From: an uncultured Gemmatimonadales bacterium
GTDB taxonomy: Bacteria; Gemmatimonadota; Gemmatimonadetes; Longimicrobiales; Gaopeijiaceae
Direction of reading: 5' to 3'
NCBI GenBank assembly: GCA_963809895.1
Contig: CAWELD010000003.1
Coordinates: forward strand, 3,552,001 to 3,616,000
Length of the DNA stretch: 64,000 nt
Part shown: positions 9,734 through 17,650 of the stretch, piece after piece
Layout of the letters: each line of letters begins with the position of its first letter
Numbering within the stretch: position 1 is the stretch's first letter
The notes under the pieces: model-generated
What the model saw: only the letters and a program-made list of their open reading frames with translations
The model's database searches: none
Told to the model about the DNA's origin: nothing
Made by a program: the position numbers and the translations under genes

Positions 9734-10392
9734 AGCTCTTCCAGCTCCTCGAAGGTCTGCATGCCCGCCTGGTACCACTCCTCCCGGAACGGATAGGAGG
9801 AGACGTCTTCGAGGGTCAGGCCCTCGGTGATCGGGTGGGGGTGCAGGATCAGCTCTCCGGCCTCCTCTTCGTGCTCCGAGTGGGGGCCGTCCATGTAGAT
9901 GTTGACCTTGAAGCGCTCGTCGCCCTCCACCGTGAAGCAGTGGTAGGGATTCACCGTGGGCACGAAGTCGTGGTCGGTGACGGTGAGCTCCAGGATGGGT
10001 GAGCCGTTCTCGCTGACCCGGACCTCCATGCGCCCGTCGGACTCCTGGAACTCGAAGTCCACGTCGGCCATGTAGTGAGGCAGGTGCCAGCGCCCGATGG
10101 CGTGCTCGCGCGACGCCTCGGTGCTGGTGGCCACCATGAACGGAAAGAAGGCCGCCTTGGGGAGGGGCTTGCCCGGCTCCACCCGGGGCGGCGTGATGAC
10201 GGCCATGACGAGCTCGTCGTAGGCCCCCACCTCGCTTTCCGTGAACTGGAAGGCCAGCACCGCCAGCACGCTCCGCGTGTGCTGCTTCTCCATGGGTTCG
10301 AGGTGTCGGGGCAGAAGCTCACGGGCGTCGGTGGTGCCCATCTCGAAGAAGGCGCCCACACAGTTCTGGAAGCCGTACCGGGTCAGGACCAT
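9730..10392 (-). CDS. Acetoacetate decarboxylase-fold protein (non-canonical active site)
   Basis: ARELLP..LEP, VGAYDELV and R...W.LP pattern; start ATG 10392 or GTG 10452. Confidence 0.7.
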   Translation of the reverse strand: MVLTRYGFQNCVGAFFEMGTTDARELLPRHLEPMEKQHTRSVLAVLAFQFTESEVGAYDELVMAVITPPRVEPGKPLPKAAFFPFMVATSTEASREHAIGRWHLPHYMADVDFEFQESDGRMEVRVSENGSPILELTVTDHDFVPTVNPYHCFTVEGDERFKVNIYMDGPHSEHEEEAGELILHPHPITEGLTLEDVSSYPFREEWYQAGMQTFEELEEL

Positions 10393-10482
10393 GGATCCGG
10401 GGATGCTGGGGTGAAGGTCGGATGCACGGCGGCGGCGGGTCGGTGCTCGCACGCCCCTTCCCGCCGCCGCACGTCGCCCGAC

Positions 10483-11844
10483 TCAGATGATGTCGTTGCG
10501 CTTCAGGACGCCGATGATGATGTCTGCGCCCCGGTCCAGCTCGTCACGAGTGTGCGCCGCGGAGATGGACATGCGGAAGCGGGACTTGTGCTTGCCCACC
10601 GCGGGATACTTCACGGGGTTGATGAAGACGCCGTCCTCGAGGAGCTGTTCGCCGAGCTCGAAGATGAGGGCGTCGTTTCGCACCATGATGGGGATCACCT
10701 GCGACTCCGAGTCGCCCACGTCGACGCCGGCGGCACGGAGCTTCGACTGCATGAACTCCACGTTCTCCCACAGGCGCGTGCGCAGCTCGGGCTCGGTATC
10801 CGCCAGGTCCAGGGCCTTGAGGAGGCCGGCCACCACCGTGGGGGCCAGGGCGCACGAGAAGAAGCGCGACCGGGAGAATCCCCGCAGGTAGTCGATGAGT
10901 TGCTTCGAGCCGGCCACGAACCCGCCCTGGCCGCCCAGGCTCTTCGAGAAGGTGCCGATGTGGATGTCCACGGCCTCGTCGAGGCCGAAGTGCTCGGCCA
11001 CGCCACGCCCGTTCGGCCCGAAGACGAAGGTGGAGTGGGCCTCGTCGACCAGGATGCGCGCGTCGTGCTTGCGGCACACCTCGACGATCTCCGGGAGCGG
11101 GCAGAGGTCGCCGTCCATGGAGTAGACGCCCTCCACGATGACCAGCTTCTTGCCCTCGAAATTCCGCAGCTTGCGGTCGAGGTCCTCCGCCTTGTTGTGG
11201 CGGAAGAAGCGGCTCTTCGCCTTGGACAGGATCATCCCGTCCACGATGGAGGCGTGGGCGTACTGGTCGGCGACGATGAGGTCGCCGGAGCGCATGAGCC
11301 CGGCGATGACCCCCACGTTGGCGCTGTAGCCCGTGGGGAACACCATGGCCGCTTCCTTGGCCTTGAAGCGGGCCACGTTCTCGGCGAGGCGCCGGTGCAG
11401 CTCCGTGGTGCCGGACAGGATCGGCGAGCCCGAGGAGCCACCCCCGTAGACGTCCACCGCGGCCTTGATCGCTTCCTTCACTTCCGGGCGATAGGACAGG
11501 CCCAGGTAGTTGTAGGAGGCGAAGTTGATGAGGCCGCGGCGCACCTCGCCGGTCTTGGTGTCCTCCACGTCGACCTGGGTCGATGGCGCCGAGTGGAGCG
11601 GCAACTCGTACTGGTAGTACCCCCGGGGATGCACCTCCGTCCACCACGCCTCGAAAGGCTCCAGGAGGGCGAAGGGATCGTCGCCGGCTCCGAAGTAGAA
11701 GTTGGTGTAGTCGTAATCCAGGGGGTCGACCTTGGCCGTGGGCAGCATCTCCGGGGCCTCACGGAGGCGGTTCTTGCCCGTGGAAACGTCGCTTTCCCTG
11801 GGGGAAGCGGTGGTCGCGCCTTGAGTTCGATCGTGATCAGCCAT
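10483..11844 (-). CDS. PLP-dependent alpha-oxoamine synthase, serine palmitoyltransferase-like
   Basis: NFASYNYLGL, TGYSANVG, HASIVDG, EGVYSMDGD, DEAHS and GTFSKSLG (PLP Lys) motifs. Confidence 0.85.
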   Translation of the reverse strand: MADHDRTQGATTASPRESDVSTGKNRLREAPEMLPTAKVDPLDYDYTNFYFGAGDDPFALLEPFEAWWTEVHPRGYYQYELPLHSAPSTQVDVEDTKTGEVRRGLINFASYNYLGLSYRPEVKEAIKAAVDVYGGGSSGSPILSGTTELHRRLAENVARFKAKEAAMVFPTGYSANVGVIAGLMRSGDLIVADQYAHASIVDGMILSKAKSRFFRHNKAEDLDRKLRNFEGKKLVIVEGVYSMDGDLCPLPEIVEVCRKHDARILVDEAHSTFVFGPNGRGVAEHFGLDEAVDIHIGTFSKSLGGQGGFVAGSKQLIDYLRGFSRSRFFSCALAPTVVAGLLKALDLADTEPELRTRLWENVEFMQSKLRAAGVDVGDSESQVIPIMVRNDALIFELGEQLLEDGVFINPVKYPAVGKHKSRFRMSISAAHTRDELDRGADIIIGVLKRNDII

Positions 11845-11914
11845 TAGCCTTCGCTCGGAGCTGAGGCGTTCTCTCGCGCCGGGGTCCCCGGTGGGGAGCC
11901 CCCCGCGTCAAGCG

Positions 11915-12685
11915 ATGGAGACTCCCGATTTGAAGATCCGCGGGACCCTGACCGTCTTCGCCGTGGGCGTATCCCTCGTCGTAGGCGACCTGATCCAGCG
12001 CACCGCGGTTGCCGGCGCGGCACGACTCCTGCCATCCCGCCGGGACCGCATCCTCGCTGCCTGGCAGCAAGGACTGGCGCGTCTCATGTTGGGCCTGGCA
12101 CGGTTCCCGGGCGGTGCACGCTTCGACGACGTTCCCCGCATTCCGGGGCGCTCCGGCGTGCTCGTCCTGATGAACCACCAGTCCCTTCTGGACATCCCGT
12201 TGGTCGTTCGGGCCCTGGCGCCGGGGTACCCCCGGATCATCACCCGGGCCCGATATGCCCGCGGGAAGCCATTAATTTCGCACATGGTGCGGCTCTATCA
12301 ATACCCCACCGTGGATCCGGGGGCAACCGCGAGGAAACAGCTGGCGCAGCTCGCCGAGGTGGGACGTTCCGCCGATGTCCCCCTGGTCATCTACCCGGAG
12401 GGGACCCGGACCCGGACCGGAGACGTGGGCCGGTTCAAGAAGGCCGGCCTGCGGGCCCTGCTCTCCGCGAGGCGCTGGGAAGTGTGGATCGTGGTCTCCG
12501 ACGGCCACTGGCAGAGCGGGCGGCTCGCGGACTTTCTGGAGAACGTTTCGACGATTCGCGCGCGCACCGCGGTCGTGGGGCCCTTCGAGTCGCCGGAGCC
12601 GGGCGACGATCTCGACGGGTTCATCGGCGACATGGCGGCGCGCATGCGCGATGCCCTCGAGGGACTCCGGGGCGACGCGGCGTGA
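11915..12685 (+). CDS. PlsC-like lysophospholipid acyltransferase
   Basis: NHQSLLD (HX4D) and YPEGTR motifs. Confidence 0.88.
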   Translation: METPDLKIRGTLTVFAVGVSLVVGDLIQRTAVAGAARLLPSRRDRILAAWQQGLARLMLGLARFPGGARFDDVPRIPGRSGVLVLMNHQSLLDIPLVVRALAPGYPRIITRARYARGKPLISHMVRLYQYPTVDPGATARKQLAQLAEVGRSADVPLVIYPEGTRTRTGDVGRFKKAGLRALLSARRWEVWIVVSDGHWQSGRLADFLENVSTIRARTAVVGPFESPEPGDDLDGFIGDMAARMRDALEGLRGDAA

Positions 12686-12695
12686 CGACGACGCG

Positions 12696-13658
12696 ATGAC
12701 GGTGCCCGAGGTGCGCGCTCCGGCGGAGGCCCATCGCCTGATCGGGCCGCTGCGCGAGGCCGGCGGCGATTCGCTGCGCGCCATCCTCCTGTTCGGGTCC
12801 CAACTCGTGCGGGCGACCCCCGACGATCACAGCGCCTGGGACGTGGTGCTGGTGGTGGACTCGTACGGGGACTTCCACCGCCGGCTGGTGTCCGGTGGTC
12901 ATCACCGGAGGCCCGCGTGGCTCCTGAGTCTGCTGGCCCGGGTGCTGCCCCCCAACATCACCGCCTTCGACCCCGGCGACGACGGGCCCCTGGCCAAGTG
13001 CGCCATCGTGTCCCGCGAGCACTTCCAGCGGGCGCTGGGACCCCGGGCGCGGGACCACTTCCTCAAGGGTCGGATGGTGCAGAAGGTGGCGGTGCCGTGG
13101 GCCCGGGACGAGGCGGCACGCGCCGAGGTGGAGGAGGCGCTGGCCGGGGCGCGACGTGGCGTGCTCTCGTGGGTCGCGCCCTACCTGGCCGGCGACTTCG
13201 ATGCCGACGCCCTGGCGCGCCGCATGCTGGAGGTGTCCTACGGCGGTGAGCTCAGGCCGGAGAGCGGTGATCGGGTCTCCCAGGTTCACGGGGCGCAGGC
13301 GGCCTTCCTGCATGGGGCGTTCCAGGACGTGCTCGACCAGGCGGCGCAAGCCGGTGAGGTAACGCCGGTGGGCGAAGGCCGTTTTCGCCTTGCCCGGGAG
13401 CCCGGCCGCTGGGAGCGCTGGCGGGTGTCGCTCTATTTCGCCCGCTCCAAGGTCCGGGCCACCGCCCGCTGGCTCAAGCACGTCGTCACCTTCAACGACT
13501 GGCTCACCTACATCCAGCGCAAGGTGGAGCGGCGACTGGGCACGACGGTGGAGATCACGCCCTGGGAGCGCCGCTTGCCGCTGCTCCTGCTGTGGCCCAA
13601 GGTCGTCCGGGTCCTGCGATTGCGCAGGGCTTCATCCCCCCCGGGAGACGACGAGTGA
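12696..13658 (+). CDS. Tam41-like (pol-beta fold) lipid cytidylyltransferase
   Basis: LLFGS...WDVVLVVD, K.AIVS, GRMVQKV and SYGGELR..GDRV align by eye with Tam41/Mmp37 motifs. Confidence 0.65.
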   Translation: MTVPEVRAPAEAHRLIGPLREAGGDSLRAILLFGSQLVRATPDDHSAWDVVLVVDSYGDFHRRLVSGGHHRRPAWLLSLLARVLPPNITAFDPGDDGPLAKCAIVSREHFQRALGPRARDHFLKGRMVQKVAVPWARDEAARAEVEEALAGARRGVLSWVAPYLAGDFDADALARRMLEVSYGGELRPESGDRVSQVHGAQAAFLHGAFQDVLDQAAQAGEVTPVGEGRFRLAREPGRWERWRVSLYFARSKVRATARWLKHVVTFNDWLTYIQRKVERRLGTTVEITPWERRLPLLLLWPKVVRVLRLRRASSPPGDDE

Positions 13659-14434
13659 GAAGCGACCTGACCGTGCTCGCGGCCGTCGTGGCGCTGGCGT
13701 TGGCATCCATGCCCGTGTACGCCGTGACCGCCCGCCGGCGCGGTCCGGACCGGCTGGAGTCGTCGGCCCGGGGGAGCTTCGTATTGGGCTCGTTCGTGCG
13801 GGAGTGGTTCTACTGGTTCCTGCGCCCGGTCGAGCGGCTGTGCCTGGCCCTGGGTCTGAGCCCGACCTTCTTCAACGTCCTGGGCGCCCTGCTCGGGGCG
13901 CTGGCCGGCTGGTTCTTCTCGGGTGGCGGCATGGTGGCGGGGGGCTGGGCGGTGTTCGGCGGTGGGGCCGCGGACGTCCTGGACGGCCGCATCGCCCGGG
14001 CTCGGGGGATGGCGGATCGCCGCGGCGCCTTCCTCGATTCCAGCCTGGACCGCTACGCCGAGGTGGGGGCCTTCGTGGGACTCGCCCTCTGGTTCCGCAC
14101 CGACCCGCGCTGGCTGCTGGCGGCGGTGGTGGCGCTCGGGGGATCCCTGTTGGTCAGCTACGCCCGCGCCCGCGGCGAGAGCGTGGGGGTGGTGTGCAAG
14201 GTGGGGGTGCTGCAGCGCGCCGAGCGGCTCCTCCTGCTGGGCTTCGGGGGATTGCTGGACCCGGCCTTCTCCTCCTGGCGCGGGCACGAGTCGCCCGGCG
14301 CGCTCATGGGACCCGTGCTGGCCTTGATCGCCGTGGGCACGCTGGCGACCTCCGTCTACCGGGTGGTGTGGATCGCCCGCCGGCTGGGTGAGGAAGAGCG
14401 GGGAGTGGGCGGGACGCCCGACGGACAGGCCTGA
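13655..14434 (+). CDS. CDP-alcohol phosphatidyltransferase (PIP-synthase/PgsA-like)
   Basis: DVLDGRIAR-x8-GAFLDSSLDR signature; SYARARGE...G..QRAERL; GTGA overlap with the upstream gene. Confidence 0.9.
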   Translation: MRSDLTVLAAVVALALASMPVYAVTARRRGPDRLESSARGSFVLGSFVREWFYWFLRPVERLCLALGLSPTFFNVLGALLGALAGWFFSGGGMVAGGWAVFGGGAADVLDGRIARARGMADRRGAFLDSSLDRYAEVGAFVGLALWFRTDPRWLLAAVVALGGSLLVSYARARGESVGVVCKVGVLQRAERLLLLGFGGLLDPAFSSWRGHESPGALMGPVLALIAVGTLATSVYRVVWIARRLGEEERGVGGTPDGQA

Positions 14435-14448
14435 GGCGGCTCCCGAGG

Positions 14449-15096
14449 CTAGGAGAGTCCTCCGGCCACCACGTCACCGATGGATGCCAGGTGGATGTCC
14501 GCGCCCTCCACGTGCACGACGCTGCTCTGGGGGCTCGCCTGATCCCACGTTACGGAACGGGCGGCGGTGAGGAGGTCGGCGCGCACGGCTCCCCCGAACA
14601 CGGTCACGGCCCGTTTGCGGACCCCCTTGGCCAGGCCGCGGACGGCGAGGCCCGAGCCGAGCTCCGTCAGGGCTTCCAGGACCCTGCGCGTGTTCTTCTT
14701 CTTGGGGTGGATGAGGATCTCGATGCCGGCCTGGTGACGGCTGGCGGACAGGAGCGTCAGCGCGGCAGTGCCCACCACGAGATAGCGGGCCTGGTGCCGA
14801 TTGAGCGCGTCACACAGGCGGGTCAGGCTGTCGCGGAACGAGGGCACCCGGTGGGCGTCGGGGTCGCGGGCCTTCCACGCCAGGTAACTCGCCTGATCCT
14901 GGAACGCGGCCATCCAGTCCGGACCGGCGGCGGCCGGCGTGAGGGCCGCGGCGGGGGCCGGCGCGGGAGGCTCGGTGAAGCTCGCCACCGCCTCGGTGAC
15001 CACCCAGCTGCGGGAGCGCTGTTCGAGGGCCGCCCGGGTGTCCGCGGCATCCACCAGCTCCTCGGGAATCGTGACGCAGATGCGCGCTCTGGACAT
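14449..15096 (-). CDS. Ribbon-helix-helix domain fused to a degenerate nucleotidyltransferase domain
   Basis: N-terminal RICVTIPEELVDAAD...RSRSWVVTEAV; Pro/Ala linker; LN...RYLVVG..A NTase-like C-terminal domain. Confidence 0.65.
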   Translation of the reverse strand: MSRARICVTIPEELVDAADTRAALEQRSRSWVVTEAVASFTEPPAPAPAAALTPAAAGPDWMAAFQDQASYLAWKARDPDAHRVPSFRDSLTRLCDALNRHQARYLVVGTAALTLLSASRHQAGIEILIHPKKKNTRRVLEALTELGSGLAVRGLAKGVRKRAVTVFGGAVRADLLTAARSVTWDQASPQSSVVHVEGADIHLASIGDVVAGGLS

Positions 15097-15136
15097 GTCG
15101 TTCTCCGACTCTACCAGGCGTGGCTCGGGCGGGGAT

Positions 15137-15165
15137 AGTATGAGCAGCTCATACTTAGTAATACT
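15137..15165. promoter_or_regulatory. Putative RHH operator AGTATGAGC-A-GCTCATACT plus AGTAATACT
   Basis: Perfect 9-bp inverted repeat at 15137-15155, 40 bp upstream of the RHH gene; second short palindrome at 15157-15165. Confidence 0.7.
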
Positions 15166-15193
15166 GTCGCCGAAGTGATTCCGCAATAACGAG

Positions 15194-15919
15194 CTACGGG
15201 CCCCCGCTCGCCACCAGGCTCGCGTTCTCGATGCGGTCCAGCTCCGGGAACTCCTCGTCGAAGTAGGCCCCGCCCCGGGCGATGGCCATGGCCTGGTAGA
15301 CCCCCTCGCCCCGGGGCGGCCCGTCGCCGTAGCCCGAGTAGAGGCTCTCCACGACTTCCATTCCCTCCACCACCTCGCCGAAGGGCGCGAAGCCCTGGTC
15401 GTCGAGGGAGCGGTTGTCACCCAGGTTCACGAACACCTGGGTGGTACGGGAGTTGGGGCCACTCCGGGAGAAGGTCACGCGCCCCCGGGTGTTGGTCTGG
15501 GTGACCGGGTCGTCCACCAGCAGACGCTTCCGCCAGACGGCGTTCACGTAGGGGTCGTCGTGAATGCCCCACTCCGCCACGAAGCCCTCCAGCACCCGAT
15601 GGAAGCGGACGCCGTCGTACCATCCCCCCTTCACCAGGTTGTAGAAGCGATCGGCACCGAGCGGCGCCCAGTCCCGGTGGACCTCGACGACGAAGGTGCC
15701 CTGGGTGGTCCGGAACCGTGCCTGGAAGGTGGGGGGCGCCGTGTCCCGGAACGCCGACACGCGCAGGAGCGGATTCTGGAGCCTGGGATCGCCGGAGGAC
15801 TGGGAGCTGTCGCTGCCGCAGGCGACGGGGGCGGCCGCGACCAGGGCGCCCACCAGCGCCACCAGGATGCGGGCGGATCGGGTCGGGCGCCGGGGGGCGC
15901 GAGGCGTGGTCGGGTTCAT
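15194..15919 (-). CDS. Cyclophilin-type peptidyl-prolyl isomerase, lipoprotein
   Basis: APLGADRFYNLV, FHRVL.GF, SRTTQVFVN and FAPFGEVVEGMEVV motifs; lipobox PVAC. Confidence 0.92.
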   Translation of the reverse strand: MNPTTPRAPRRPTRSARILVALVGALVAAAPVACGSDSSQSSGDPRLQNPLLRVSAFRDTAPPTFQARFRTTQGTFVVEVHRDWAPLGADRFYNLVKGGWYDGVRFHRVLEGFVAEWGIHDDPYVNAVWRKRLLVDDPVTQTNTRGRVTFSRSGPNSRTTQVFVNLGDNRSLDDQGFAPFGEVVEGMEVVESLYSGYGDGPPRGEGVYQAMAIARGGAYFDEEFPELDRIENASLVASGGP

Positions 15920-16080
15920 GCCGCATCGTGCGCTGAGGACGCCTCACGCGCAACGCGCGCTGCCGGGGCCGGAGCCGGTTCGCGGCCAGGCCTTCCCCCG
16001 GAGCTCCATCGGGTACACAATTCCGGCACGCGGGGCCCCGCCCCGGCACGAATCCAGCATCTCAGCACGGTGAAGTCAGC

Positions 16081-17640
16081 ATGAGCCAGAAGATTCTCGA
16101 GGCCCTGGGGATCGGTGACACCAACCCCGGTGGCTTCTGCGGCGAGTGGATCGGCTCGGGTCCCGAGTCCGAGGTCGTGACTCCCATCGACGGATCGGTC
16201 ATCGCCCGGGTGACGCAGGTCACGGAAGAGGAGTACGACCGCATCGTCGATCGTGCCCACGCGGCCTTCCTGGAATGGCGGACCGTACCGGCGCCGAAGC
16301 GGGGTGACGTGGTGCGACGCCTCGGCAACCGGCTCCGCGACAAGAAGAAGGAGCTGGGCGCGCTGGTGGCGCTGGAGATGGGCAAGATCGTCGCCGAGGG
16401 GGAGGGCGAGGTCCAGGAGATGATCGACATCTGCGACTTCGCCACCGGCCTGTCGCGGCAGCTCTACGGCCTGTCCATGCACTCCGAGCGCCCGGACCAC
16501 CGTATGGCCGAGCAGTGGCATCCCCTGGGAGTGGTCGGGGTGATCAGCGCCTTCAATTTCCCGGTGGCGGTCTGGAGCTGGAACGCCGCCATCGCCGCCG
16601 TGTGCGGCGACTCCACGCTCTGGAAGCCGGCCAGCAAGACCCCGCTCACTGCGGTCGCCGTCACGCGCATCGCCGAGGAGGTGTGTCGCGAGGCGGGCGT
16701 GGATCCGGCGATCTTCTCGCTGGTGGTCGGTCGTGGCTCTACGGTCGGCGACCGCCTTCTCCACGACAAGCGCATCCCCCTGGTATCGGCCACGGGTTCC
16801 TGTCAGGTGGGTCGGCGGGTGGCGGAAGTCGTGGGCAAGCGCCTGGGCCGCACCATCCTCGAGCTCGGTGGCAACAACGCCATCATCGTCACGGCCCACG
16901 CCAACCTGGACCTGGCCCTTCCGGCAATCCTGTTCGGCGCCGTGGGCACGGCGGGCCAGCGCTGCACGAGCACTCGGCGCATCATCGTGCACGAGTCGGT
17001 GCGTCAGGAGCTTCTCGACCGCCTGATCCGGGCCTACGGTGACATCCAGATCGGAGATCCCCGCGACGAAGGCACGCTCATGGGCCCCCTGGTCACCACC
17101 GGCGCGGTGGCGGACATGCAGGCCGCCATCCGGCGGGTGAAGGAGGAGGGCGGCGAGGTCCTGTACGGGGGCGAGCCGCTGGAGGGCGCCGAGTATCCCG
17201 GCGGCCACTGGGTGCGTCCCTGCATCGCCGCCGTGCAGAACGAGTTCGACATCGTCCAGGAGGAGACCTTCGCGCCCATCCTCTACATCATCGGATACGG
17301 AAGCAGCGATGCCTCACCGCGGCAATCGGTGGAGGAGCTCCACGAGGCCATCCGCATCCACAACGACGTCCCCCAGGGCCTGTCCTCGGCGATCTTCACC
17401 GAGCATCTGCGCGAGGCCGAGCTCTTCCTGTCCCAGCGGGGAAGCGACTGCGGAATCGCGAACGTCAACATCGGCACCAGCGGGGCGGAGATCGGTGGCG
17501 CCTTCGGAGGCGAGAAGGAGACGGGCGGTGGCCGGGAGTCGGGCTCCGACGCCTGGAAGGCCTACATGCGTCGGCAGACCAACACCGTGAACTGGAGCAC
17601 CGAGATGCCGCTGGCCCAGGGGATTCAGTTCGGCGGCTGA
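16081..17640 (+). CDS. Aldehyde dehydrogenase family 7 (alpha-aminoadipate semialdehyde / piperideine-6-carboxylate dehydrogenase)
   Basis: AFNFPVAVW, LELGGNNA, GQRCT, ETFAPIL and GGEKETGGGRESGSDAWK motifs. Confidence 0.92.
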   Translation: MSQKILEALGIGDTNPGGFCGEWIGSGPESEVVTPIDGSVIARVTQVTEEEYDRIVDRAHAAFLEWRTVPAPKRGDVVRRLGNRLRDKKKELGALVALEMGKIVAEGEGEVQEMIDICDFATGLSRQLYGLSMHSERPDHRMAEQWHPLGVVGVISAFNFPVAVWSWNAAIAAVCGDSTLWKPASKTPLTAVAVTRIAEEVCREAGVDPAIFSLVVGRGSTVGDRLLHDKRIPLVSATGSCQVGRRVAEVVGKRLGRTILELGGNNAIIVTAHANLDLALPAILFGAVGTAGQRCTSTRRIIVHESVRQELLDRLIRAYGDIQIGDPRDEGTLMGPLVTTGAVADMQAAIRRVKEEGGEVLYGGEPLEGAEYPGGHWVRPCIAAVQNEFDIVQEETFAPILYIIGYGSSDASPRQSVEELHEAIRIHNDVPQGLSSAIFTEHLREAELFLSQRGSDCGIANVNIGTSGAEIGGAFGGEKETGGGRESGSDAWKAYMRRQTNTVNWSTEMPLAQGIQFGG

Positions 17641-17650
17641 CGCTCGGGGC

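Noticed and set aside
10483..11844. Calling the AOS enzyme bioF or kbl
   Set aside because: No biotin or threonine-dehydrogenase context; the GTFSKS motif and lipid-gene neighbourhood fit SPT-like better; symbol left blank because SPT is unproven
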